DNA of 53,447 bases from an uncultured Rhodobacterales bacterium (GTDB lineage Bacteria > Pseudomonadota > Alphaproteobacteria > Rhodobacterales > Rhodobacteraceae): contig CAZDXI010000001.1 in the NCBI GenBank assembly GCA_964509095.1, forward strand, positions 1-53,447, in the 5' to 3' direction. The position numbers were made by a program, and so were the translations under genes. Positions within the stretch are counted from its first letter, which is position 1. Each line of letters starts with the position of its first letter. Positions 28,401 to 36,822 of this stretch are shown piece after piece. The notes below the pieces were generated by a model, which did not search any database, had not been told where the DNA came from, and worked only from the letters and a program-made list of their open reading frames with translations.

Positions 28401-29295
28401 GTGGATACCGGCCCGCGACATTCCCATCGACATCCAGCAACTTCGATTTGTCCGTACGCCCAAGGTCAGCAAATTCCGCGAATTGCACAGACACGTCGGG
28501 TGTGTGCATCATCATGACGTGGCCGCGCACACCTTCGGGGTTTTCGGATGTCAGCAGAACATTCCTGGTCGAGTTCCCGACATAAATGCTGAGGTCATGG
28601 CCATCTGGCGTTGTATGATCGTGATCCAGAGCTTTATCGAGTTCGACGACAACGCCGCTTGCGGTTTTCGTCACAGAGACGATTTCGCGATATTCGTCCT
28701 GAAAAGCGCCCAGCTTGGTGCCCATGACAACAATGGTGTCACCCGCGACCCAACCGGCTGTATCTGCGTTCAGAACAAGCGTCTTCGTCCCGGCACTGAC
28801 ATCATTCTGCAATGTCGAATATGGGTCTTTCTCCCAGCCGTGGATTTCCACGCGCCCTTCGGCAACCAATCCGTGACCCAGTTGATCCGGGTCTGTTGCC
28901 AGATCGATTTCGCCGTCGGCAAACACCATCTTGGCACTTACGCCAAACTCGACTGGCTTTGCTGCGGTGCCGATCGTGAGTTGGGACATCGGGCCTGTAT
29001 ACACGCTCTCGACGAGCATGTGCGTATCGACCGAGGTCGCAAAATCCAGAGCACCGTCAACCCGGACGACTTCTAGCCGCGCATCGGACACCACATCGTA
29101 TTGCACACTAACCCCCATGGGGATGTGCACTGTGGCGTCATCGTCTGGAATACGCCCGCCTTGCCAAGTCCCGGGGTCACTCCAAGCGCCGGATGATACC
29201 GCCACGTGAGTTGCTGTGCTCGCATCAAACAGATCCTCTGTCATGCTGTGATGCCCATCCATATGATGCATCATTGAGCCCGTCGTTCCGTCCAT
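25453..29295 (-). CDS. G8-domain/beta-helix protein with His-rich linker, LamG domain and C-terminal lectin-like repeats
   Basis: SGAWSDPGTWQGGRIP (G8), TRNVLL and GRYPLHLH, LamG (WTHYAVVRE..LYLDG, IDDLRVWD), three C-terminal repeats (RVRNVTDTGFELRIDEW...ETVSW). AGGAG upstream of ATG 29295 (ORF track starts at 29328). Confidence 0.82.
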   Translation of the reverse strand: MDGTTGSMMHHMDGHHSMTEDLFDASTATHVAVSSGAWSDPGTWQGGRIPDDDATVHIPMGVSVQYDVVSDARLEVVRVDGALDFATSVDTHMLVESVYTGPMSQLTIGTAAKPVEFGVSAKMVFADGEIDLATDPDQLGHGLVAEGRVEIHGWEKDPYSTLQNDVSAGTKTLVLNADTAGWVAGDTIVVMGTKLGAFQDEYREIVSVTKTASGVVVELDKALDHDHTTPDGHDLSIYVGNSTRNVLLTSENPEGVRGHVMMMHTPDVSVQFAEFADLGRTDKSKLLDVDGNVAGRYPLHLHETGTDAGTSLSVLLGNSVHGSPGWGIVQHSSAAAVDYNFVHNIDGAGIVSEDGDEIGQWIGNFVTNIPGAGSKFSIERDELNADFGHSGVAYENQARQIIQQDNIAANANTGWMYRGAEVSVDNPDRDAIHFDPAPLKPVLDNEEPAIIGFHNNSAIAVDTVVDTGHRQAVSITTDLRSDMIGMVAWEVDRVFDIFSYTGEYVIRDGLFIGAEGGAGRAIKMPHKHESTSVINTHFEGFRIAISDAGLNNDGVYIGNTFKDVGKQLDASLYGTGRLQDFSDIELMDKPTLKIDGSSDLTMGVRDNEVYISGTITDSAGTLKLGSNRWTTTSTADHDGIDTTTNLNGKPEPEELIAMHGAMRDGSGGWIMPVALWITDRVTGEHHPFRIDIKLVGYTDAYLEQFEIDSFSLPSNEIVVQDSYAVTHSGDMTTDGGHGHDHGTGGTDGHTDDTGGTDGHDHDTGGTGGHTDDTGGTGGHTDDTGGTGEPTGGTGKALELTKTGVTIPKVTLSGDFTVEAWINLAENKNINRADAIVGGDKFDVNFHDGSLTVSHGKHDIVSSPVKSVDGIWTHYAVVREDGVVTLYLDGKEVSKTTEDWNETVSIDTLGDGQSLSRGLVGSIDDLRVWDVALSEGQLAGSSADTSNPDILAAYNFEDGKDWGGGTQLVDSRIAAEDSPAPAEEDTTPPPVEDTTPPVDESPTPPPVVDEPAPTDTDAHLELGKVTTPRLEDNEWISVSFSEAIENAVVIVGPVSDAGDDPAMARVRNVTDTGFELRIDEWDYLDGRHTSETVSWMAMSEGEYTLADGRQISAKSVETNSKGAVSVNMDGLHSTAPTFMQIGSDNTDGALVVRSTPTNNDTVRVQLQGEEAGGTEVEAETVFVVSIEEGTGSEFDFSSGVSRDVSDQSSAIDFGASFADTAFIGYISSVKGRDPVALRLDELGTGSASVFVEEETSKDVETLHLPEYVSWIAGEVGIFELY
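26941..27090. repeat. 30-bp tandem repeat (about 5 degenerate copies) encoding GGT(D/G)GH(T/D)(D/H)DT
   Basis: Period-30 units visible, e.g. tccgccggtgtcgtcggtgtgaccacctgt. Confidence 0.85.
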
Positions 29296-29866
29296 ATGCT
29301 CGTCACTCCTTTTGCAGCCAGCCTTCATCGCTTACTCGCACGAAGTCGCTGGCCGCGATCTTGTGAGAGCGGAAGTCTAATATTCGTTTAACGCTGGGAC
29401 CCTTCCACGGTTCCAACTCACCCAAGCCACTAATCACCGGGAAAATCCTTCCAAAATAAGGCATTGCTGGTGCAAGAATGGGGCAGACCACCGAATCCGG
29501 CCTCTGTTTGCACCTTGCCCCAAGGGACAAAATTGTGTCGGCCGCTCGGCGTAGAGCAACACAAGGAGCCCCCTGAAACAGGGAGTTTTGATTTTGGACA
29601 GCATTGATTTTGTTAGATAGTTTGAGTGGTGGCCGGACCTGTTGCTTAAATTGCGGCGGCTGACCAGAGGGCCCGGCCCAGATGTCGGCAAAAGCCTGCC
29701 ATTGGGCGGAAATTGGATACTGAAGTTCGGGAGTTTCGGCTGATTCCTGCTCGGATTTTCAGCAAATGGCGCATTTCGCAACGTCAACCTGGGTTCTCTA
29801 CCAAAGGTTAACGATTGCGCACGGCTAACGGGAACTTGTGGTGATTCGCCCCGAAATGAGGAGCAA

Positions 29867-31114
29867 TTAAGGAGTCAGCACGTTAATCAACCCGTCATTT
29901 CCAAGGCGGGAAATCGACTGCCGGGCGCGTTTGGACATCTTTTTGCGCCGATTGTGGTCCTGCAGCAGCTCTGTGATCAGGGCTGCAAATTCACTGTGGT
30001 CCCGTGCTTCTTCCACCAATCCATCCAGAGCCGTGCCAAAAGCATCGACCGCGCCGGATGTCGCGACAACCGGCATGGCGATGGCAAGATAATCGACGAT
30101 CTTGATCGGGATGCCGCTGCCAAACTCGATGGGTGCAAGACCAATGGCATCGGGCCCTCCCAACGCGGACAGATCCTCCACCGGCCCAATCAAGCGAAGA
30201 CCTTCCAAGGCGGCTTCCTGAGGTGAGACCGTTTCGGCGATACTTCCCACGATGTGCAACTCGCTGTCAGGACATTGCGCGCGCACCAACGGCCATATGG
30301 TCTCACGCAGAGCCGTCAGAGCGGTGGTGTTGCCGGCATGCAGGGATCCGATAAAGACAGCATGCGGCGTGCGGGCCGGCACATCTTGGCGCAGACTGGG
30401 CCGGACCACGGGGCGCATCCAGACATGTTGTGCCTCAGGCAGGACCTCTTGCAGGCGTGTCTGCTCCACACAGCTGGCATGGATCACCAAGTCCGCCGCC
30501 GCACAGCGCGCGGCTTCGTCCTGCAAGGACAGGACTGCGTGATCGGGTTGCAGACCGCGGGAGACGAAGCTTTCAGCGCGCAGGGAAAACAGATCATGCA
30601 GGAACACGACCCGCTGCGTGGCAGGCCCCGCATCGGCCAGCAGCGGGGCCAAGCTGCTGTATTCTGCTGTCAGCATCGTGAAACTGTATCGCTTCAAGCG
30701 GGAGACAACCTGTTCCCGTTCGCCCGGGTCCAGTTCGTACCCCAACAAGCTTGGATAGGCTTCGTCAGCGGTTCCGCGCAGCCGACGCAGGGCTTCGGAA
30801 ACCACGCGACCCAGAAACCCGATCCACACAGACGGGGCGGTGGACACATACAATGACCCCAGTCGTATGGTTTGCGCCCAGTCCACGTGGACGACGTGCT
30901 GACGGATTTTCGGATGAATCCGGGCCCAGGCCAGATTTCCGAAAGACCGGCGGGGCGCGAAGATCAGCGTCGTGGCAATCCCCGCTTCAGCGCAGAGCGC
31001 CAGATAGTGTTCCAGATATTGCCCACTGCCGGAGTGCAGCGTGTCCAGACGGCGGGCAACCATCAGACCCGCCTGCCGGGGGCCATCTACGGGATCTGCG
31101 GGTTCCGACATCAT
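29867..31114 (-). CDS. Glycosyltransferase family 4
   Basis: VFLHDL, VFIGSLHAGN, APIEFGSGIPIKIVDYLAIAMPVVAT. Confidence 0.85.
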   Translation of the reverse strand: MMSEPADPVDGPRQAGLMVARRLDTLHSGSGQYLEHYLALCAEAGIATTLIFAPRRSFGNLAWARIHPKIRQHVVHVDWAQTIRLGSLYVSTAPSVWIGFLGRVVSEALRRLRGTADEAYPSLLGYELDPGEREQVVSRLKRYSFTMLTAEYSSLAPLLADAGPATQRVVFLHDLFSLRAESFVSRGLQPDHAVLSLQDEAARCAAADLVIHASCVEQTRLQEVLPEAQHVWMRPVVRPSLRQDVPARTPHAVFIGSLHAGNTTALTALRETIWPLVRAQCPDSELHIVGSIAETVSPQEAALEGLRLIGPVEDLSALGGPDAIGLAPIEFGSGIPIKIVDYLAIAMPVVATSGAVDAFGTALDGLVEEARDHSEFAALITELLQDHNRRKKMSKRARQSISRLGNDGLINVLTP

Positions 31115-32103
31115 CGCGACCGTGTCAGGCGCTTTTGGACAGCTTCACCCAGATGTCCCAGAACCCGACCAAACGCGGCTGGATGCCGGATCATCCCAGC
31201 CATGGCTTGAACAGGATGACCTGTTTTCAAACGCCCGAGCACGTCTTCGGTGACCAGCAAGGATGTCAGGTTCTTCTGTCTTTGTTTGAACAGTGCCAAA
31301 ACATCCGGGTCCTGCACCTGATTTGCGACTTGTTGATCTGCGACCAGAAGCGCCCGCAAATGGTCCAGCTTCGCCCGTCGGGACACAGAGCCCGCCCGGC
31401 GCGTATAAAGATACCCCGTTTGCGCGGTGAAATGCAGCGTTGCGCCAGCGACAAGCGCTTCGAGGATCAGGTGAAAATCCTCCCCATTGCGCAGCGTTTC
31501 GTTGTAGCGCAGGCCAGTGTCGCGCAAGAAGGCCCGCGAAAGGAGCGGCTTGGCATAGCCAAAGCTGACTTCGCCTCGGGAAAAGCTGTTCAGATATATC
31601 CAGTCCGCCAAGGTCAGGTCACCCGCGCCGTGTCTGTGCACCAGACTGGACTGATCCAGCTGTGTGCCCTGTTCATCCACGGATGCAAAATCGTCAATTA
31701 CGATATCCGCCCCGGTGGACTGAGCCGTGCGGATCATGTCGCTGAGCCGGTCCGCGCGGAACAGGTCATCGGAATCCAGAACCGCAATCCATGTCCCGCG
31801 CGCACGGTCCAGTGCCAGATTGCGCGCACCTGCCGGGCCAAGATTGGTTGGACTGTGGATCGGCACAATCCGGGAATCGGCGCGTGCCAGCCCGTCCAGA
31901 ACGGTGCGGGTGCTGTCATCAGAGGCATCGTCGGCCACCAGAACTTCCAGCGTGACATCGGCCTGCTGCAGCGCGCTGTCGATGGCCTTGCCCAGAAAGG
32001 ACGCCGCATTGTGCGCTGCAATAATGACAGAGACCTGCGGGCAATCGCCCTGCGTCTTCTGCGGCTCGGGGCTGTTCATACGGGGCTCTCTGCGCGCGTC
32101 CAC
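31111..32103 (-). CDS. exoO: GT2 glucosyltransferase, ExoO-like
   Basis: VSVIIAAHNA, DDASDD, GPAGARN, VLDSDD, FGYAKPL, LRNGEDF. Confidence 0.75.
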   Translation of the reverse strand: MDARREPRMNSPEPQKTQGDCPQVSVIIAAHNAASFLGKAIDSALQQADVTLEVLVADDASDDSTRTVLDGLARADSRIVPIHSPTNLGPAGARNLALDRARGTWIAVLDSDDLFRADRLSDMIRTAQSTGADIVIDDFASVDEQGTQLDQSSLVHRHGAGDLTLADWIYLNSFSRGEVSFGYAKPLLSRAFLRDTGLRYNETLRNGEDFHLILEALVAGATLHFTAQTGYLYTRRAGSVSRRAKLDHLRALLVADQQVANQVQDPDVLALFKQRQKNLTSLLVTEDVLGRLKTGHPVQAMAGMIRHPAAFGRVLGHLGEAVQKRLTRSR

Positions 32104-32104
32104 A

Positions 32105-32911
32105 TCAGGATGCCGATGCCAAACCGGACACCTGACGAATGATATCGTAATCCATATCGTAGCGCGCCGTCAGAAGAGCATCCAAATCCGCAGGCAGCAG
32201 GCTGGCATCGTCAGGCATGAAGTTCTGGTCCAGAAAAATCTGCCGGATCTCTTTTATCGGCCGCTCTGCCGCGTCTGGCAGCGGGCGCAAGGGAATGTCC
32301 GATGTTCTGTTAACCGGTCGACGGAAATACTTGTCCGCGAGGTCCGCGCCAAGCACACCTGTCATGTGGGCGTGCAGGGTCTCCATCGGGATCACATCCG
32401 TGTAAACGGCGCGCCTCAGATGCATCTTCTGTGGCAAGACATGCCGGTCCAGCGTTTTGAAACTCTTGTGCAGATAGCTTTGCACGAAATCGCGAAAGCT
32501 GGTGTCTTCCGGTTTGCGGTTTTCACTGCGCTCATAGTGGCGATGAATGTCCTCCGCGCCCGTACATGCAATGAACTTGTTGCGAAACATGGACAGCACG
32601 CGTTTCTTTGGGTCGCGATAGACAAAGATCAGGTGGTCGCATTGGCCAAGATCCTGTTCTGACATGCGATGATACCGGCGCATGAAATCAATGGGCCGCT
32701 CATCCGGGCGCCGGGCGTTTTCCGGCGGCGACAAGTCCAGAAACATCTTCTTGAAACTCGAACAGGCGTTCTTGCGGATATAACAATACCCCAGCTTCAG
32801 ATCGCCCACCTGCAGGCAAAAATGGTTGCGCCCCAAACCGCGCAGATCATCAAGTCGCTTTTGCAGGCCGGGCATCCCGGCCCGGACGATGGGTGTACGG
32901 TTGTCAAACAT
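32105..32911 (-). CDS. Sulfotransferase family 2 protein
   Basis: YIRKNACSSFK (5'-PSB), VYRDPKKRVLSMF (3'-PB), DRHVLPQ, YDMDY. Confidence 0.85.
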   Translation of the reverse strand: MFDNRTPIVRAGMPGLQKRLDDLRGLGRNHFCLQVGDLKLGYCYIRKNACSSFKKMFLDLSPPENARRPDERPIDFMRRYHRMSEQDLGQCDHLIFVYRDPKKRVLSMFRNKFIACTGAEDIHRHYERSENRKPEDTSFRDFVQSYLHKSFKTLDRHVLPQKMHLRRAVYTDVIPMETLHAHMTGVLGADLADKYFRRPVNRTSDIPLRPLPDAAERPIKEIRQIFLDQNFMPDDASLLPADLDALLTARYDMDYDIIRQVSGLASAS

Positions 32912-33055
32912 GGGTCTTTATATCTGTCGCATGTGTAAAATAAGTCTGCCGGAGCCAGCTTGAAATCCTGACTGGTCCCTCAGGATGAGCATAGCGCGTG
33001 TCGGACGGGTGGATCAACGCAGGACCGTTCCGCGCTGCCTTGTACACAGTGCACG

Positions 33056-33976
33056 TCATATGGGTTGGTCCTTCCCATATGTTTCCGTCGTGCGGCCCCC
33101 AAGGAAGAAATAGACAACGCCCGCATGCAGACACCCGCGCAACAGCCACGGCATGCTGCGTGTCTTGACCGGGACAGTCACAAGCGCCAGTCCCATGCAG
33201 GTTATGCATTTCGCCCCTGCGCGCACGGCCTCGCGGATTTGTTGAGAAACAGTCCCATCCATCCCCTCCAGCAGCATCAGCCCATGCGTTTGCCCAAAGC
33301 GGAACTTGCGCTGCATCAGCCACGATAACTGGGCGCGCTGTGGCAGGACCTCTTCTGTGACAACTGCATCCGGCGCAGACGCGATCCGTCCGCCCCGCCG
33401 GTGAACCTGCGCCAGAAAGATCGTGTCTTCGCCGCCAACCCGGCCCAGATCATGTCGAAAGAGAAGTCCGGTGATGCATGAGCGTTCACGCATCAACAGC
33501 GTATTGCAGCCATATCCGGTGCGGATTTCACCCTCGACAACGTTTGGGCTGGAAGAATGATGATCCCCCGATCGCATCCAGTCCGGTGCGTCCTGCGGAT
33601 AAATCGAGATCGCCGGACCCAGCACAACGTCCGCATCCGTTTCGCGCTGAACATCCAGCAGGGCAACAAGCCAGCCTTCGCTCACCAGTTCATCATCATC
33701 GATGAAGATCAGCACCGGCGCAGTGGCTGTTTCCAGACATGCATTTCGGGCAATCGAAATGTTGCGCCCCGGCGCATGCACATATGTCAGCTCAAACGGC
33801 AGCGCGCAGCCTGTCACCCGTTCTTCCGCCGATGGGGTGTCATCATTGTCGACCACAATGATGCGCACGCTCAGATCATCCGGCACCCGAATCCCGGCAA
33901 TCGAGCGTAGGGTTTCAACAATATGGTCACGTCGAAACGTACAGATTGCGATATCTACATCTGCGGGGTTGCTCAT
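33056..33976 (-). CDS. exoM: GT2 glucosyltransferase ExoM-like
   Basis: VDIAICTFRR, IVVDNDDTPSA, YVHAPGRNISIARNACL, FIDDDE, GGEDT. Confidence 0.85.
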   Translation of the reverse strand: MSNPADVDIAICTFRRDHIVETLRSIAGIRVPDDLSVRIIVVDNDDTPSAEERVTGCALPFELTYVHAPGRNISIARNACLETATAPVLIFIDDDELVSEGWLVALLDVQRETDADVVLGPAISIYPQDAPDWMRSGDHHSSSPNVVEGEIRTGYGCNTLLMRERSCITGLLFRHDLGRVGGEDTIFLAQVHRRGGRIASAPDAVVTEEVLPQRAQLSWLMQRKFRFGQTHGLMLLEGMDGTVSQQIREAVRAGAKCITCMGLALVTVPVKTRSMPWLLRGCLHAGVVYFFLGGRTTETYGKDQPI

Positions 33977-34893
33977 CGCGCATATTCAAGTGTGCGCCGC
34001 CCCACCATTCCAGCAAGTATGCCCGCGGATCGGGAGAGCAGCGCCACGCCATTGGCAATTCCCAGCCGGCCGCGCAGCACGGCAGTGGCCAGACACCCGA
34101 TCCCGACCGCCGCCATCGCGCTGCCCCGCACAAGGCAGTAAAGCGTGGCTTCCAGTCTTGATTTGCGCAGCAGCACTGTCATGGCGCGCGTCGATCCATA
34201 GCGGAACTGCCGTTTGACAGCCCACTTCCACGTCAGCCGACCGGCGGGCTGGACTTCACACACCCAGGCATTCGCCGCAAAAGCCCCCGTGCCGCCACAT
34301 CGGACGATATCCTGAAAGAACAGAGTGTCCGAACCACCATCATATCTGAGCCGGTCTTCGAACCGGCAGTTGTTCTCTGCTATAAACTGCAGATCGACCA
34401 GCACGTTGTTTGACCAGCTTTCCGTTCGCTTGGCCCCGTCCACATAGCTTTTCTGGCTGAAGAACAGCGTTCTGAGCCACCAATTGTCAGCTGTGTCGTC
34501 CACGAGCATGCGCACAGGCCCTTGAACAAAGGTCGCTTGCGTTTCTTTGGCCACCCGCCACAGCTCGACAATCCAGTCTTCAGTGACGGTTTCATCATCA
34601 TCGACAAAGACCAGATATCCTTCTTGCCCAGCCGTTGTAATTGCGCGATTTCGGGCAATCGGAATACCGGGTTCAGGTTCATGCACATAGCGGCAGGGCC
34701 ATGGGAAGTCCTGTGTCTCCCTCTCGAACACGGCCTGAGATGAATTCGTGACATCGTTATCCACGATGATGACTGTCAGCTCACAATCATCCGGCACCCG
34801 AATGTCCCGGAACGAGTGCAACAGATCTGTCAGCCCCTGCTCGCGACGAAACGTGCAGGCAGAAATGAAAATTTTTGACTTTTCCTGCGTCAT
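33973..34893 (-). CDS. Second ExoM-like GT2 glycosyltransferase
   Basis: CTFRR, IVDND, PGIPIARN, FVDDDE, GGSDT. 4-bp overlap with the downstream exoM. ATG 34893. Confidence 0.85.
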   Translation of the reverse strand: MTQEKSKIFISACTFRREQGLTDLLHSFRDIRVPDDCELTVIIVDNDVTNSSQAVFERETQDFPWPCRYVHEPEPGIPIARNRAITTAGQEGYLVFVDDDETVTEDWIVELWRVAKETQATFVQGPVRMLVDDTADNWWLRTLFFSQKSYVDGAKRTESWSNNVLVDLQFIAENNCRFEDRLRYDGGSDTLFFQDIVRCGGTGAFAANAWVCEVQPAGRLTWKWAVKRQFRYGSTRAMTVLLRKSRLEATLYCLVRGSAMAAVGIGCLATAVLRGRLGIANGVALLSRSAGILAGMVGRRTLEYAR

Positions 34894-35104
34894 AAATGTG
34901 TACCCAAAAAAACAAACGCGAAACTTAAATCGATATCCGTCCGGCGCAAATAACACCGGTCACAGAATGGGCTTAGACCTTCATGTTTTTCAGGTTTTGA
35001 CCCAACACCATCACCCCATGCACAGAACTTTACATCCAACTTGGGCTGATGTCCCGTGCGATTTGCCTTACGGTAAACCCTGAACATAAAAATCCGCGAC
35101 AACC

Positions 35105-35120
35105 TGTGACATTTATCACA
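35105..35120. promoter_or_regulatory. CRP/FNR-family-type palindrome TGTGA-N6-TCACA
   Basis: TGTGAcatttaTCACA in an AT-rich divergent intergenic region. Confidence 0.55.
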
Positions 35121-35239
35121 AAATCGGCCTTTATGCTTCCGGTTTGTGTAAAGTTCATGCACAATTTCAACGATCAAAGCTGCGCTGCTATATTTTCAGA
35201 CCAACGTGGTTACATAGTTTTTTTATTTGGATTTCATGG

Positions 35240-35929
35240 ATGATTGTCCTGCATCAGCACAAACTGATCTTCATCAAAACGCTCAAGACCGCTGGCACCA
35301 GCATCGAAATGGCCCTGTCTCGGGCCTGCGGGCCGGATGACATCGTTACGCCGATCTTTCCGGCGGTGGATGGGCACAAGGATCAGAACTGGCGCGGTTG
35401 GTTCGCCCCCTGGAAAGAGGTGCAGTCCAGCGCAGACTTCAAGAAGAACATGCGGGAGTTCCTGCGCCGGGACCGTCTGTACAATCACATACCAGCGCGC
35501 TTCGCCCGCGCCCGTCTGCCGCGCAAGATCTGGGACAGCTATCTGAAAGTCTGCGTGGAGCGGAACCCATGGGACAAGACGCTCTCGCACTACCACATGT
35601 TTCGCAACGCAGAGTGGCACCGGCATTACGATCCGGACCTGACGCTGGATGCGTATCTCGACAAAGGTGTGTTCTGCCACAACGCGCCCTTTTATTGTGA
35701 TACGCAAGGCGAGATACTCGTGGACAGGGTGTTGCGCTATGACCGGCTGAGCAGCGAACTCCCCAACCTTCTGGAGGAGGTCGGCATCGAATTTACAGGC
35801 CTGCCGCACGCCAAATCGGAAACGCGCAAGGATCGCAGGTCCTACAAGGATGTCTTTAGCGATGCCCAGAAACAGATTATCAATGACGCATTTGAACAGG
35901 AAATAAGCATTCATGGGTGGGAGTATTAA
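35240..35929 (+). CDS. Sulfotransferase family 2 protein
   Basis: IFIKTLKTAGTSIE, VERNPWDKTLSHY, VDRVLRYD. ATG 35240. Confidence 0.85.
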   Translation: MIVLHQHKLIFIKTLKTAGTSIEMALSRACGPDDIVTPIFPAVDGHKDQNWRGWFAPWKEVQSSADFKKNMREFLRRDRLYNHIPARFARARLPRKIWDSYLKVCVERNPWDKTLSHYHMFRNAEWHRHYDPDLTLDAYLDKGVFCHNAPFYCDTQGEILVDRVLRYDRLSSELPNLLEEVGIEFTGLPHAKSETRKDRRSYKDVFSDAQKQIINDAFEQEISIHGWEY

Positions 35930-35930
35930 C

Positions 35931-36818
35931 GTGAGATCATGTGCGATTTTCGCAGACAGGATACGGGTGGTTGCGGTCCTTGGCTTTGCCGCCCTGAGCA
36001 TCCTTTTGGGGTCTGTTCCAACAGACGCAGACGCCAACCAGCGCAAGAAACGGGAAGGCAGCCCGTTTCTGACTGTCTTCCCGCTGTCGGGCCTTGGGAC
36101 ACAATGGTGGATTGCCGAATATGACAACACGGCGGCCTGGCTGCATACGGCGTGGCGCGCATCGGGCGTATCTGTCGATACATCCGGAATTCGACTTGAT
36201 CTGACCCCGACACCGCAAGACATGCGAGTCACCAAAGAAGAACTGGCCGACGATGACGGAACGCTCGCTGAAAAAGGGGCGACGACCAAAAGATTCACCA
36301 GCGGGCAAGTCCAGCGCAAGCGATGGTACGGGTACGGACGCTATGAAGTTGTTATGCAGCCCGCAGTCGGTGACGGCCTGATCTCGGCCTTTTATGTCTA
36401 TACGGGCCCGTTTTTCGGCCATACCCACGAAGAAATCGACATCGAGCTGCTCGGGCGGGACACAACCAAGATTTACATGAACCGGTTCATTGATGGCAAA
36501 CCCATGGAAGAACCGGTTTTGAAAGATCTCGGGTTTGATGCCGGCGAGAAACCCCGCCTGTACGCATTTGAATGGCGCGAGGACAGTCTCACGTGGTTTG
36601 CCGAGGATCAGGAATTGTTCCGTCTGGACGGGGCGGATGACGTCCCCAAACCACCAGCAAAGATCTATCTGGATTTATGGGCCGGTGGCCCCGGTCAAGT
36701 GAACTGGGCAGGCGAGGCCGCAGATGACACGACGGCAAGTGCGATCGTGCAGTGCGTATCCTTTTCGCCTCTGGACGCCCCGACACCGCAATGCAGTGAC
36801 ATTGTCGCCGGGAACTAG
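35931..36818 (+). CDS. exoK: GH16 endo-beta-1,3-1,4-glycanase (ExoK-like)
   Basis: YGYGRYE, AFYVYTGP, catalytic EEIDIE, YAFEW; N-terminal hydrophobic signal. Start 35931 (GTG) or 35913. Confidence 0.85.
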   Translation: MRSCAIFADRIRVVAVLGFAALSILLGSVPTDADANQRKKREGSPFLTVFPLSGLGTQWWIAEYDNTAAWLHTAWRASGVSVDTSGIRLDLTPTPQDMRVTKEELADDDGTLAEKGATTKRFTSGQVQRKRWYGYGRYEVVMQPAVGDGLISAFYVYTGPFFGHTHEEIDIELLGRDTTKIYMNRFIDGKPMEEPVLKDLGFDAGEKPRLYAFEWREDSLTWFAEDQELFRLDGADDVPKPPAKIYLDLWAGGPGQVNWAGEAADDTTASAIVQCVSFSPLDAPTPQCSDIVAGN

Positions 36819-36822
36819 CGCG

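Noticed and set aside
25798-29076. Plus-strand ORFs of 438, 350 and 257 aa
   Set aside because: Antisense to the G8 protein gene; no recognisable domains.
30751-32662. 463-aa and 311-aa plus-strand ORFs
   Set aside because: They overlap motif-bearing GT and sulfotransferase genes on the opposite strand.
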